From Negativicutes bacterium (lineage in GTDB: Bacteria > Bacillota > Negativicutes > UBA1444), in assembly GCA_963665275.2 (NCBI GenBank), contig CAXXIN010000018.1, positions 384,001 through 448,000 of the forward strand: a stretch of DNA of 64,000 nucleotides, in the 5' to 3' direction. Position numbers and translations under genes: made by a program. Numbering within the stretch: position 1 is the stretch's first letter; the number at the start of each line of letters is the position of its first letter. Shown piece by piece: positions 49,100 through 60,239 of the stretch. The notes under the pieces were generated by a model. The model was not told the origin of the DNA. It did no database searches and saw nothing but the letters and a program-made list of their open reading frames with translations.

Positions 49100-50931
49100 A
49101 CCCCGACGCCTTGCTTGACGACCGTTACCGACTGCGTGAACGCATTGGCGGCGGCGGTATGGCTGAAGTCTATCTGGCGGAAGATGTTCTATTAACCCGT
49201 CAGGTTGCTGTAAAAATACTTCGTTCTCAGTTCACCTGTGACGATGATTTTATAACCCGTTTTCGCCAGGAGGCGCGCGCAGCCGCCCGTTTATCACACC
49301 CGAATATTGTAAGTATTTTCGATGTTGGCTGTGATGCCGATACACATTATATTGTTATGGAATATGTGGCTGGTGAAACCCTGAAAGACTTGATCAAGCG
49401 CGAAGGAAAATTGCCGCCCCTTGTGGCTGCAGAGTTTGCAGCACAAGTTGCGGCTGCTCTTAAACATGCGCATGAGAATAAGATCGTTCATTGTGATATC
49501 AAACCACATAATATTTTGGTTAGCCGGGATGGTATTGTTAAAGTGACGGATTTTGGCATTGCCAGAGCCGTTTCATCCCAAACGTCTACTCAGGTTGCAG
49601 GAATACTCGGTTCCGTTCATTACCTTTCACCCGAACAGGCCCGGGGATTCGGTGTGGAAGCCAAATCCGACATTTACTCATTGGGTGTGGTTCTTTATGA
49701 GATGTTGTCAGGTTCCACCCCGTTCGATGGGCCTACGGCCATTTCAATTGCCATGAAACATCTGCAGGAAGAGCCCCGTTCCCTGTCGGAACTGGCGCCG
49801 CAGACTCCCGATGTACTGGTTGAGTTGGTAAAAAAGGCGATGGCCAAGAAACCGTCAGACCGTTTTGAAACTGCGCAACTTATGTTGAATGATCTGGAAC
49901 AGATTATTCGTCAACTTAAAGGTGAAGAAAACAAACCTTTGGATGCGCCTAAAGTGCGTAAAATAGACAAAAACAATCGCCCGAGTATCACGGACCGTTT
50001 GCGCCGTCTGCCGAAATGGACGTGGGGTGTTGGAGCCCTCCTGTTGCTTAGCTTTTTTATCGGCCAATTTATTGCTGATGGTGGTTTTTTCGGCGGTAAG
50101 GAAGTGCTGGTGCAGGATGTTGTCGGAAAACCGGCGGAAACCGCTCGTTCGATATTGACCAATGATAATTTGCGCGTTCAGATTGTCGAAGCCTTCGATG
50201 AACGGGTAGCCGCCGGTTATGTCATCTCGCAGCAACCCAAAAGCGGACAGGTCGTCAAAGAACGTCGCATGATACAAATCGTTGTCAGCAAAGGCGCTGA
50301 TGCGACAGCCATACCGGACCTGAAGGGATTGCTGCGCAGAGAAGCCGAGGCGCGGATACGCAGCGCCGGTTTGAAAGTTGGGATCATTGGCGAGGAGTAC
50401 TCTGCGGAATCACCGATTGATACGATCATTAGCCAAAATCCACGCCCCCCTGGGCAAGTCGCCAAAGGCGTACTGATCGACATCATCATCAGCAAGGGGA
50501 AAAGCCCGCAGCAGATTACCATACCCAACTTTCTGGGGGAAAGCATGCAAAGTGTACTTTCCCGCATCGAAGCTTTGCATTTGAAAGCAGGAACAACTAA
50601 GGAAACCTCGACTTCCCGTTTTGCTCCAGGCACGGTCATTTCTCAGACGCCGATTCCGGGAAGTAATGTCTATGAGGGAACAAGTGTGGATCTGGAAATA
50701 GCGCGCAGCGATGCCGGGATTCCCAAACGGGCCCGAATTCAGTTCGTTGTGCCGGATGGTCCGATTCGACAGACCTGTAAAATTATCGTAAGTGATGCAA
50801 ATGGCGAACGCATTGTGTATGAAAATGTTCATAAGCCGGGGGAACGGATAGAGAAAGTGGTGGAAGGAACCGGACAAATGACAGTGAAAGCTTGGGTAAA
50901 CAATAAATTGGTCCAGGAACAGTCCTTTTAA
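49096..50931 (+). CDS. pknB: PASTA-domain Ser/Thr kinase (PrkC/Stk1)
   Basis: GGGGMA, VAVK, HCDIKPHN, DFG, TM helix and three PASTA repeats. Confidence 0.95.
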   Translation: MNPDALLDDRYRLRERIGGGGMAEVYLAEDVLLTRQVAVKILRSQFTCDDDFITRFRQEARAAARLSHPNIVSIFDVGCDADTHYIVMEYVAGETLKDLIKREGKLPPLVAAEFAAQVAAALKHAHENKIVHCDIKPHNILVSRDGIVKVTDFGIARAVSSQTSTQVAGILGSVHYLSPEQARGFGVEAKSDIYSLGVVLYEMLSGSTPFDGPTAISIAMKHLQEEPRSLSELAPQTPDVLVELVKKAMAKKPSDRFETAQLMLNDLEQIIRQLKGEENKPLDAPKVRKIDKNNRPSITDRLRRLPKWTWGVGALLLLSFFIGQFIADGGFFGGKEVLVQDVVGKPAETARSILTNDNLRVQIVEAFDERVAAGYVISQQPKSGQVVKERRMIQIVVSKGADATAIPDLKGLLRREAEARIRSAGLKVGIIGEEYSAESPIDTIISQNPRPPGQVAKGVLIDIIISKGKSPQQITIPNFLGESMQSVLSRIEALHLKAGTTKETSTSRFAPGTVISQTPIPGSNVYEGTSVDLEIARSDAGIPKRARIQFVVPDGPIRQTCKIIVSDANGERIVYENVHKPGERIEKVVEGTGQMTVKAWVNNKLVQEQSF

Positions 50932-50934
50932 GTG

Positions 50935-51828
50935 ATGGATAAGAATTGGGTTGCAGGCGTTGTCATTCGGGCAACCAGCGGCTTTTATTTCGTGCAGAGC
51001 GCAGCGCGGGTTATCTCCTGCAAAGTGCGTGGACGAATGAAGCAGAACCGTTATTCGGTTTGCGTTGGTGACAAAGTTGCCTTCACAGCGAATGGGGAAG
51101 GATCGGGAACGATCGAAGAAGTATTGCCGCGGGAATCTTTTTTAAAACGTCCGGAAGTTGCCAACGTGAACCAGGCGATCCTTACGTTTGCCGCCAATCA
51201 GCCCCGTGTCGATTTCGGATTGCTGGACCGTTTTTTGGTCTTGGCGGAATTATCGGAGATCCCCCCAGTAATTTGCATCAATAAAATTGATATGGCAGAT
51301 CCTGAAGAGTTGCGGCCGTTTCTCGCGGTCTATGAAAAAATCGGCTACCCGGTTCTGGAAGTCTCCGCGAAAACCGGCACGGGAATTCAGGCTCTTCAGA
51401 CCTTGCTGTATGATAAGGTGAGTGTCTTCGCAGGGCCATCGGGAGTCGGAAAGTCTTCATTGCTGAATGTGATTGAACCTGGATTGCGTCTAGTAACCGG
51501 TGAACTCAGCCAAAAAATCGGCCGTGGAAAGCACACAACACGCTGTGCTGAACTGCTGCCCTTATCAGGCGGCGGGTTTGTCGTGGATACGCCGGGATTC
51601 AGTTTTACCGAATTCGTGGAGATGACGCCGGATGATCTGCGCTTTCAGTACCGGGAATTCAAATCCCATCTCGCGGATTGTCATTTTTCTTCCTGCCTGC
51701 ACTATAAGGAACCGCAATGTGCAGTAAAACAAGCTGTTCAAGATGAGAAAATTGCTTCCTGGCGCTATGATTCCTATGTCGAACTGCTGATAGAAATATT
51801 GCAGACCCAACAAAAGAGGAGGTTTTGA
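50935..51828 (+). CDS. rsgA: Ribosome small subunit-dependent GTPase A
   Basis: NKID, GPSGVGKSS, GKHTT, DTPG and CxFxxCxH. Confidence 0.95.
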   Translation: MDKNWVAGVVIRATSGFYFVQSAARVISCKVRGRMKQNRYSVCVGDKVAFTANGEGSGTIEEVLPRESFLKRPEVANVNQAILTFAANQPRVDFGLLDRFLVLAELSEIPPVICINKIDMADPEELRPFLAVYEKIGYPVLEVSAKTGTGIQALQTLLYDKVSVFAGPSGVGKSSLLNVIEPGLRLVTGELSQKIGRGKHTTRCAELLPLSGGGFVVDTPGFSFTEFVEMTPDDLRFQYREFKSHLADCHFSSCLHYKEPQCAVKQAVQDEKIASWRYDSYVELLIEILQTQQKRRF

Positions 51829-51829
51829 T

Positions 51830-52474
51830 TTGACGATCATTGCACCATCGATTTTATCGGCCAATTTTGTTCGATTGGCTGAAGACATTGCACGAGTGGA
51901 AGCCGCTGGAGCAGATTGGCTTCATCTGGATATCATGGATGGGCATTTTGTGCCGAATCTGACCTTCGGTCCACCCATTGTCGCTGCCATCCGTAAAATT
52001 ACGAAGTTGCCGCTGGATGTCCATCTGATGGTTACTAATCCGGCGGAACTCGTCGATGCTTTTGCCGCCGCCGGCGCTGACTGGCTGACAGTTCATGTGG
52101 AAACGGAACCTCACCTCAACCGCTTGGTGAGCCGGATTCGGGAATTAGGCGTTCGACCGGCAGTGGCGCTGAATCCGTCAACCCCTATCGGAGTTCTGGA
52201 AGAAATCATTGCCGAGGTGGACCTGGTTTTGGTGATGAGCGTCAATCCAGGTTTTGGCGGGCAGAACTTTATTCCTGGATCCCTGGCGAAGGTTAGCCGC
52301 CTTAAAACCATGATTGCTCAGCAAAATCGTTCCATTCTGATTCAGGTTGATGGTGGCATTAATGATAAAACAGCACCGCAAATAATCAACGCCGGAGCTG
52401 ATATCCTAGTGGCAGGATCAGCCATTTTCGGCAGTGCGGATTTGGCGGTAGCGATTCAAAAGCTAAAAGTATAA
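51830..52474 (+). CDS. rpe: Ribulose-phosphate 3-epimerase
   Basis: IAPSILSA, HLDIMDGHFVPN, MSVNPGFGGQ and VDGG. Confidence 0.96.
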   Translation: MTIIAPSILSANFVRLAEDIARVEAAGADWLHLDIMDGHFVPNLTFGPPIVAAIRKITKLPLDVHLMVTNPAELVDAFAAAGADWLTVHVETEPHLNRLVSRIRELGVRPAVALNPSTPIGVLEEIIAEVDLVLVMSVNPGFGGQNFIPGSLAKVSRLKTMIAQQNRSILIQVDGGINDKTAPQIINAGADILVAGSAIFGSADLAVAIQKLKV

Positions 52475-52503
52475 TTTGCAAGAGGGAGCTTCCCTGCAAC
52501 GAC

Positions 52504-52532
52504 TTGCATTTTCCGGCTTGTGGTGTTATCCT
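52504..52532 (+). promoter_or_regulatory. SigA-type promoter of the rib operon
   Basis: TTGCAT-17 nt-TATCCT with extended TG. Confidence 0.55.
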
Positions 52533-52556
52533 ATTAATGGATTTACAATTGAATAA

Positions 52557-52740
52557 GGCCTTTGGGGCATGGTGCGAAAGAGCAATCTTTCAATTCCTGA
52601 CCGGCGGTAAAGCCCGCGAGCCGAGAGGTTGATCCGGTATGAATTCCGGAGCCGACAGTAAAGTCTGGATGGGAAAAGGCAATTTTAGGCCTGTTATTGG
52701 GCTGCGTTTATTTCCCAAAGATTTATCTTTGGGATTTTGT
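52557..52740 (+). ncRNA. FMN riboswitch (RFN element) with terminator
   Basis: GACCGGCGGTAAAGCCCGCGAG..GATCCGG..CCGGAGCCGACAGTAAAGTCTGGATGGGA; terminator TCCCAAAGA-N-TCTTTGGGA-TTTT; upstream of ribD. Confidence 0.93.
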
Positions 52741-52757
52741 ATTATGGGGGCATTCAT

Positions 52758-53900
52758 ATGCAAATCGATACCGATGAACAATATATGCACGAAGCGCTCA
52801 TGCTGGCCCGCCAAGGGCGGGGACGGACCAGTCCCAATCCCGTTGTCGGCGCGATAATCGTCAAGGATAAAGTAATCATAGGACGCGGATGGCATCAAAA
52901 AGCGGGTACCGCGCATGCCGAGATCCATGCAATCACTGATGCTGGCTTGGCCACAAAAAATGCGACTCTATATGTTACATTGGAGCCATGCTGCCACCGG
53001 GGACGAACCGGCCCGTGCACCGAAGCAATCATCGCCGCAGGAATCAGGCGGGTGGTGGTGGCCATGGTGGATCCCAATCCGCTGGTGGCCGGTTGTGGCA
53101 TTGAAGTATTGCGAAAGCAGGGTATTACTGTGGATACCGGCATCCTTGCCGCAGAGGCCGCGGATCTGAACGCCCCTTTCATCAAGTGGATCACTTGCAG
53201 CATGCCTTTTGTCACGATGAAAAACGGCATTAGTCTGGACGGGAAAATCGCCACAAGCACTGGAAATTCCCGCTGGATTACTGGCGAATCGTCCCGGTTG
53301 GAAGTTCATCGCATGCGCGATTCATCCGACGCGATTATTACCGGGATCGGAACGGTACTGGCAGATGACCCGGAATTGACGACTCGGCTGCCCTCGGGAG
53401 GCAAATCGCCAGTTCGGGTGGTGGTGGACCGATTAGCCCGAACGCCGCTCTCAGCAAAGCTGGTAACAGACGGCAATGCGCATACGATCATCGCCGTATC
53501 CACGGAAGCGCCACAAGACAGAGTAGCTAATCTGGAAGCTTTGGGAGTGGAGATATTGAAACTCTCCGCACAGGGAGGGCGTCTTGATTTGGGAGAGTTG
53601 CTGCGCAACCTTGGCCAGCGCTGTCTAACCAGTGTCATGGTTGAGGCGGGCGGAACGCTGAATTCCTCCTTCTTATTTAACAATTTAGTGGACAAAGTAG
53701 TGCTGTTCGTTGCGCCAAAGATCATTGGCGGTTCCGGAGCTCCGGGACCCTATGGAGGGAGTGGCATTGACTTGCTTTCAGACGCAGTCGAACTGGAGGA
53801 TCTGGCCGTACAAACGCTTGGCTCAGACCTAAAGATTGAGGGATATGTAAAACGGAGGGAGAGTCGCGATGTTTACAGGACTTGTGGAGGAATTGGGTAA
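52758..53900 (+). CDS. ribD: Riboflavin deaminase/reductase
   Basis: SPNPVVGA, HAE, TLEPCCH and SLDGKIA. Confidence 0.96.
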   Translation: MQIDTDEQYMHEALMLARQGRGRTSPNPVVGAIIVKDKVIIGRGWHQKAGTAHAEIHAITDAGLATKNATLYVTLEPCCHRGRTGPCTEAIIAAGIRRVVVAMVDPNPLVAGCGIEVLRKQGITVDTGILAAEAADLNAPFIKWITCSMPFVTMKNGISLDGKIATSTGNSRWITGESSRLEVHRMRDSSDAIITGIGTVLADDPELTTRLPSGGKSPVRVVVDRLARTPLSAKLVTDGNAHTIIAVSTEAPQDRVANLEALGVEILKLSAQGGRLDLGELLRNLGQRCLTSVMVEAGGTLNSSFLFNNLVDKVVLFVAPKIIGGSGAPGPYGGSGIDLLSDAVELEDLAVQTLGSDLKIEGYVKRRESRDVYRTCGGIG

Positions 53901-54525
53901 AGTTCGGGCAGTGGCTCGCGGGGCACATTCAATTCGTCTGACGATCGCTGCGCAAAAAGTAATGTCGGATGTGAAACTTGGTGACAGTATCGCCGTCGAT
54001 GGAGCCTGCCTGACGGTCGTTGATTTCACTTCGAACTCCTTCACGGCAGACATCATGCCGGAAACATATGATCGAACGACACTATCGTTGCGCAAACCAG
54101 GAGAATCAGTGAATCTGGAGCGAACACTGCGGTTGGGAGACCGTCTGGGCGGGCATATAGTTAGTGGGCATGTGGACGGAATAGGAACATTAGTTTCTGT
54201 AATCCCGCGCGATAATGCGAACATTTTGCGTGTACGCTGCCCATCAAATATGGAGCCCCTTTTCATTCCACAGGGATCAGTCGCGCTTGATGGAGTCAGT
54301 TTGACCATAGTTGACTGCGGAGCCGATTGGTTCGAGGTTTCTCTGATTCCGCACACTTGGGATGTTACGGTGCTTTCACGCAAAAAACAGGGTGATCAGG
54401 TAAACGTAGAAACGGATGTTCTGGGAAAATACATTCATCGCATGATTCAGCCCGATAGGCGAGTGCAGGGAGTTGGCAATAAGCTTAGCGTCGATTTTTT
54501 AGCAAAACACGGTTTTGGGAATTAG
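53869..54525 (+). CDS. ribE: Riboflavin synthase alpha chain
   Basis: MFTGLVEE, GACLTV and GGHIVSGHVD. Confidence 0.96.
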   Translation: MFTGLVEELGKVRAVARGAHSIRLTIAAQKVMSDVKLGDSIAVDGACLTVVDFTSNSFTADIMPETYDRTTLSLRKPGESVNLERTLRLGDRLGGHIVSGHVDGIGTLVSVIPRDNANILRVRCPSNMEPLFIPQGSVALDGVSLTIVDCGADWFEVSLIPHTWDVTVLSRKKQGDQVNVETDVLGKYIHRMIQPDRRVQGVGNKLSVDFLAKHGFGN

Positions 54526-54537
54526 TAAGGAGGAGAA

Positions 54538-55761
54538 ATGATGGAATTCAAATTTAGCACCATTGAAGAAGCGGTCGAAGACATCCGGGCAGGTCGGATG
54601 GTGATAGTAGTCGATGATGAGGACCGCGAAAACGAGGGAGATCTGGTATTCGCTGCAGACAAGGTTACGCCTGAAATGATCAACTTCATGGCGAAAAATG
54701 CTCGCGGCTTGATCTGCGTCCCCATGAAGGGTGAGCGCCTTGACCAGCTGGGAATCGGACAGATGGTCAGTGAAAATACGGATTCCCATTGCACGGCCTT
54801 TACGGTTTCAGTGGATGCGTATGAAGTATCAACAGGAATTTCCGCATTTGAGCGCTCCCAGACGGTACAAACATTGATAGATCCGGCAAAAGGACCTGGA
54901 GATATTCGCCGTCCCGGTCACATGTTCCCGTTGCGATATCGGGAAGGAGGAGTTCTTCGCCGAACCGGCCATACGGAAGCATCTATTGATTTGGCTATTA
55001 TGGCCGGCTTATATCCTGCAGCGGTTATTTGCGAAATAATGAACGAAGATGGAACGATGGCACGCGTACCACAGCTCATGGAGTTCGCTGCAAAACACGA
55101 ACTCAAATTGATTACGGTGGCAGACTTAATCAAATACCGCAAGCACCACGAACGGGTTGTGGAAAAAGTCGCTGAGGCGACTTTGCCGACGAAGTACGGC
55201 TCATTCCGGGTGTTGGCGTATGAAAGTTCCATCGACAAACTTTGCCATCTGGCGCTCGTCAAAGGCGACGTTGAGAACAAGCCCAACGTGCTTGTTCGCG
55301 TACATTCCGAGTGCCTGACAGGGGATGTGCTGGGATCCCTCCGCTGTGACTGCGGCGACCAGCTTGGCGTTGCCATGAAACGAATCGAACAGGAAGGCGC
55401 TGGCGTTCTCTTGTATATGCGTCAGGAAGGGCGGGGCATCGGCCTTGCCAATAAAATCAGGGCATACGCGCTGCAGGATCAGGGGAAAGACACCGTTGAA
55501 GCCAATGTATTGCTGGGGTTCGCCCCTGATATGCGGGATTATGGGATCGGGGCCCAGATTCTATCTGATCTTGGTCTTACCAGCATTCGCCTGCTGACCA
55601 ATAATCCGGAAAAAAGGGCTGGGCTTGAAGGATATGGACTGACAATCATAGAGCGAGTCCCTGTTGAAATAAAGGCGAACGCTTTCAATGTCAAGTATCT
55701 GTCGGTTAAGAAATCAAAAATGGGACACTTGTTGAAATCGGAAGAGGGGGAAGCAAAATGA
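54538..55761 (+). CDS. ribBA: DHBP synthase/GTP cyclohydrolase II
   Basis: [15 protein letters not shown] and [14 protein letters not shown]. Confidence 0.97.
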   Translation: MMEFKFSTIEEAVEDIRAGRMVIVVDDEDRENEGDLVFAADKVTPEMINFMAKNARGLICVPMKGERLDQLGIGQMVSENTDSHCTAFTVSVDAYEVSTGISAFERSQTVQTLIDPAKGPGDIRRPGHMFPLRYREGGVLRRTGHTEASIDLAIMAGLYPAAVICEIMNEDGTMARVPQLMEFAAKHELKLITVADLIKYRKHHERVVEKVAEATLPTKYGSFRVLAYESSIDKLCHLALVKGDVENKPNVLVRVHSECLTGDVLGSLRCDCGDQLGVAMKRIEQEGAGVLLYMRQEGRGIGLANKIRAYALQDQGKDTVEANVLLGFAPDMRDYGIGAQILSDLGLTSIRLLTNNPEKRAGLEGYGLTIIERVPVEIKANAFNVKYLSVKKSKMGHLLKSEEGEAK

Positions 55762-56240
55762 GTATTAAGGTTATTGAAGGAAAATTTACAGCGGAGGGGC
55801 TGCGCATCGGCATCGTCGCGGCCCGGTTCAATGAATTCATTACAAACAAGCTGGTGTCCGGTGCTGTGGATGCCTTGACACGACACGGCGCCACCGAAGA
55901 AAATATTACACTGGCCTGGGTACCGGGAGCTTTTGAAATTCCTCTGGCTGCGCAAAAAATGGCGAATACTCACAATTATGACGCAGTCATTTGTCTGGGC
56001 GCCGTAATCCGCGGCAGCACACCGCATTTCGATTATGTTGCGGGTGAAGTAACCAAAGGCGTGGCTCATGTGGGTCTGGAGACCGGCGTACCGACAGTAT
56101 TCGGCGTTCTGACTACGGAAAATATCGAACAGGCGATTGAACGTGCAGGAACCAAGGCTGGTAATAAAGGCTTTGATGCGGCAATGACTGCGATTGAAAT
56201 GGCCAATTTATTCAAAACCTGGGGACCGGCGCATGTCTGA
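55758..56240 (+). CDS. ribH: Lumazine synthase
   Basis: [12 protein letters not shown] and [14 protein letters not shown]. Confidence 0.97.
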   Translation: MSIKVIEGKFTAEGLRIGIVAARFNEFITNKLVSGAVDALTRHGATEENITLAWVPGAFEIPLAAQKMANTHNYDAVICLGAVIRGSTPHFDYVAGEVTKGVAHVGLETGVPTVFGVLTTENIEQAIERAGTKAGNKGFDAAMTAIEMANLFKTWGPAHV

Positions 56241-57111
56241 TCAGATTATCCGGGCCATCGCGCCCGGCGTCCGAATCGTGGCTGCCATAACGACAGCGTT
56301 AACGGAGGAGGCGAGAAGGCGGCATAACTGCAGCCCCCTCGCCACTGCGGCTCTAGGACGGACAATGACTGCTGCACTGCTATTGTCTGAGACCATTAAG
56401 GGGGATGAGTGCATCACCGTACGCGTGGCCGGTGATGGCCCCCTTGGCAGCATTGTCGCCGATACGCCGACACGTCACTGTGTGCGCGGATATGTGCACA
56501 ACCCTGACGTTGATTTGCCTTCCGTGAATGGGAAGCTAGCCGTGGGCGCTGGAGTAGGGCGGGGGATGCTGCACGTGACCCGTTTCAACCCGCAACGGGA
56601 GGTTTTCACGGGCACTGTAGAGTTGGTTTCTGGTGAAATCGCTGAAGACATAACCCGTTACCTACTGGAATCCGAACAAATTCCATCAACCGTCGGACTT
56701 GGGGTTTTGGTAGACACGGATGGCCGGGTTGCTGGCGCAGCCGGGTTCCTTGTACAGGCAATGCCTGATGCAACGGATGAAGTGCTTAACGCTATTGAAC
56801 AAAATTTATTTCTTGTTTCATCGCCGTCTCAACTGGCGATGGAGGGCGTGACCGCAGCAGGGATTGCCAGGCTGCTGTTGGCGGGTTTGTCGGAGGATAC
56901 CCTGTATGAAGCGGAACCGATTTCTTTCTGCTGTACATGCAGTCGGGAACGTGTTTGGGATATGCTGTCAAGTTTAGGCATTGATGAGTTGACGGCGATG
57001 ATGGCCGAAGGACAGGGTGAAGTGCGCTGTAATTTCTGTAATGAACTTTATCAATTCAACGAAGAGGAATTGTGTGAAATTGTAAATCACTCCAGGACGC
57101 GCAACGCTTAA
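56233..57111 (+). CDS. hslO: Hsp33 redox chaperone
   Basis: [20 protein letters not shown] and CxC..CxxC zinc site. Confidence 0.93.
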   Translation: MSDQIIRAIAPGVRIVAAITTALTEEARRRHNCSPLATAALGRTMTAALLLSETIKGDECITVRVAGDGPLGSIVADTPTRHCVRGYVHNPDVDLPSVNGKLAVGAGVGRGMLHVTRFNPQREVFTGTVELVSGEIAEDITRYLLESEQIPSTVGLGVLVDTDGRVAGAAGFLVQAMPDATDEVLNAIEQNLFLVSSPSQLAMEGVTAAGIARLLLAGLSEDTLYEAEPISFCCTCSRERVWDMLSSLGIDELTAMMAEGQGEVRCNFCNELYQFNEEELCEIVNHSRTRNA

Positions 57112-57140
57112 TAGGATACCGTTATATTTTCAGATAAGAG

Positions 57141-57187
57141 AAAAAAGAGGTTGTGTTGAAAACCGAAATTTCACACAACCTCTTTTT
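57141..57187. terminator. Bidirectional terminator between hslO and rpmB
   Basis: AAAAAGAGGTTGTG..CACAACCTCTTTTT. Confidence 0.8.
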
Positions 57188-57220
57188 ATAACAACTATGA
57201 AAAAAATGGAGCATTAATTG

Positions 57221-57409
57221 TTACGGACGGGCAACTTTCCCTGAACGGAGGCAACGGGTACAAACATTCAAACGAGTAACTTCACCTTTTACCAAAGCCC
57301 GGACGCGCTGGATATTCGGTTTCCAGGTCCGTTTGGTTTTAAGGTGGGAATGGCTGACATTGAATCCACTGCGTTCACCTTTGCCGCAGACTTCACACAG
57401 ATTGGCCAT
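57221..57409 (-). CDS. rpmB: 50S ribosomal protein L28
   Basis: CEVCGK..NVSHSH..RTWKPNIQ..CTRCLRSGKV. Confidence 0.96.
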   Translation of the reverse strand: MANLCEVCGKGERSGFNVSHSHLKTKRTWKPNIQRVRALVKGEVTRLNVCTRCLRSGKVARP

Positions 57410-57926
57410 CAAATACACCTCCTTCAATCCTGAGGGTTAATACGAATTAACGCTGAACAACGAAGTAATTTTAACATAAGCAGAATGGAAAAAGCAAGGC
57501 ATTTTGCCTTGCTTAGTGAATTTATCTGTTTGCGAGGTTCCTTAGGCGACTGATTTTTGTTCATTCAAATTGATTTTTATTGTTTGGGCCGACGCATCGA
57601 AGAGTATTCATAGTATCTCATTAACAGGATACCTTCGCAATCAAAAAAATCTCGCTTTATTGTGTACAACCCTATTAGATATATGTAATATGAATACTAA
57701 CAATCAAATCTTTTCTTTTATCTATAGGACGCAGGAAAGTTTCATGGAAATCCGCATCTGATTTATTTTTCGGAGGCTGCACTCCACCGCATTTTTTGTC
57801 TGCGGCTGGATCCTTGTTCATAACACAGCTCATAACTAGCGCCAACTCGCCTAATGCTGCCCGACACGGTCGTTTGGGGCAGAAGGTCTTCATGGCGCAG
57901 AGATCAATACAATAGGAGTAAGCTAA

Positions 57927-59971
57927 ATGAGTGATCAATCCATTGAGGCGCTGAAGGGCGTAGGTGCTTCAACTGCCGACAGACTGGGACGCATGGGCAT
58001 TCATACGATCAGCGAATTGCTCGAACATTTTCCTCTGCGCTATGAAGACCGCACACAGCGTAAAAACATCGTTGAATTGCAACATGGAGAGTTCGCGACG
58101 TTTACTGCCACGATCATGCGAGGGGAACTTCACCATGTTAAGGGAAAATCTATCGCCCGCGTGTCTGTTCGCGATGATACCGGACAGGCTTTGCTGGTAT
58201 GGTTCAATCAACCTTACCGGGCGACGGCGTGGAAACCGGCTACTGAAGTGACAGTGTATGGGCGGGTTAACCGATTCCGCGACACCTTGCAGATCGAAGC
58301 GCCGGAAGTGGAAACAGCAACCCAGGCAGAATCGTTGAACTCAGCCAGAATTGTCCCTATTTACCCCTTGACGCAGGGTCTGGGCGCAAGAGCTTTGCGA
58401 AAATTGATGGCTGCAGCTTTGTCTGCGCAGCAAGTTCTGCCGGATACTATTCCGTGCAGCATATTACAAACTCATCATCTCATGGACCGAACCAGTGCGC
58501 TTCACGAAATTCACTTTCCTACGGATTGGGAATCGATGCAGCGCGCTAAACGCAGGATCGTTTTCGAAGAATTATTTTATTTACAGTGTGCGTTGGCGTA
58601 TATTCGCAGTCAAAGAGTAGATGACAGGCGTAGTATCGCGCACCAGCCTGATGGAGAAAAAACATGCCAGCTCAAAAAACTCTTTCCTTTTCAGCTTACT
58701 GACGACCAGCGGACTGCCTACGAAGAAATTCGCATGGATATGGAGTCTGACCGGCCCATGCACCGCCTCTTGCAGGGTGATGTCGGTTCTGGTAAGACAG
58801 CTGTCGCTTTACTGGCGCTGGTAAAAACGATTGCGAACGGATTGCAGGGAGTATTGATGGCGCCAACCGAAATATTGGCCGAGCAACATTTTCAAACTTG
58901 CTCAGAATTGTTTGCCGGTTTGGGAATTCGGACAGCGATATTGACCGGGACGGGTGAAAGGAAATGCTCGAAAGCAAATCCTGCAAGACTTGCAAGCTGG
59001 TGAACTGGACCTTTTAATTGGAACTCATGCTCTTTTGCAACCCGATGTTGTGTTTCGCCAGCTAGGGCTTTCGGTTACAGACGAACAGCACCGGTTTGGC
59101 GTGGGTCAAAGGGCCACGCTGCAGCAAAAAGGAGAAGTTCCTCATACGTTGGTGATGTCTGCCACGCCGATTCCAAGAACCATGGCTTTGACAATATATG
59201 GCGATATGGATGTTTCCGTGATTCGTCAGTTGCCGCCGGGACGAAAACCGATCATGACTGCCATCCGTTCTGGAAATGCAGCGCGAGAAAAAGTTTACCA
59301 GTTTCTTGTGTCAGAAATAAGAGCTGGTCGGCAAGGGTATGTTGTCTGCCCGTTAGTGGAAGATTCGGAAAAATTGGAAGCACAGTCGGCGACGACGGTT
59401 TTTGGCGAAATGACGACAACTGTGCTTCGCGAGGTCTCGTGCGGACTATTGCATGGAAGAATGAATGCCAGTGAAAAGGAATCCGTGATGCGGGATTTCG
59501 TGGCCGGAAAAATCGCCGTATTGATTTCAACAACCGTCATTGAAGTTGGAATAAATGTCCCCCGCGCCTCCATGATGATTGTTGAAGATGCCGCACGCTT
59601 TGGACTGGCTCAACTGCATCAGCTGCGTGGACGAGTGGGAAGGGGCGCGGACCGATCTTACTGTGTTTTGCTCCACAATGAACAGGCTGGGCCAACTCCG
59701 GAAAGGTTGAAGATACTCGTTGATACCAGTGATGGTTTTGTGGTAGCTGAAAAGGACTTGGCAATTCGTGGACCGGGGCAATTTCTGGGCTATCGCCAGC
59801 ATGGACTGCCAGAAATGAAAATGGCCAGCCTGGCCGATGACCTGAATGTTCTGGAAGACGCTCGCAAAGCCGGCCTTGAAATAATGCAAAATCCAGAGTG
59901 CTCAGGGGAGAATTACCAACTTATTAAAGGAAAAATATGAAAGGTTTTTCGGCATCCTGTTCGTGGGATGA
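57927..59971 (+). CDS. recG: ATP-dependent DNA helicase RecG (frameshift near 58955, probably another near 59930)
   Basis: LQGDVGSGKT, MAPTEILAEQH, DEQHRFG, SATPIPR and QLRGRVGRG; end uncertain (59940 or 59971). Confidence 0.93.
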
Positions 59972-60049
59972 AGGGATAGAGAAAACAATGCAGAATATTA
60001 ACTGAAGAAACCACAACAGTAATATTTCAAATATAAAGGAGAGAAGAAA

Positions 60050-60237
60050 ATGCCTATCGTACAAATTGACATGCTGGAAGGAAGATCCCTGGAACAAAAG
60101 AAGAGCTATGGTAGCTAAGATAACTGATGCAATCACTGAAAACGGCCAACTGTCCTGCAGATGCCGTTACCATCATCATTCGCGACATGCCGACTACCAA
60201 CCTGGGTAAGGGTGGAAAACTGAGGTCGGATAGCTAA
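60050..60237 (+). CDS. 4-oxalocrotonate tautomerase family protein (two apparent 1-nt insertions)
   Basis: Manual reconstruction MPIVQIDMLEGRSLEQKRAMVAKITDAITETANCPADAVTIIIRDMPTTNLGKGG; catalytic Pro1; AAGGAG RBS. Confidence 0.85.
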
Positions 60238-60239
60238 GT

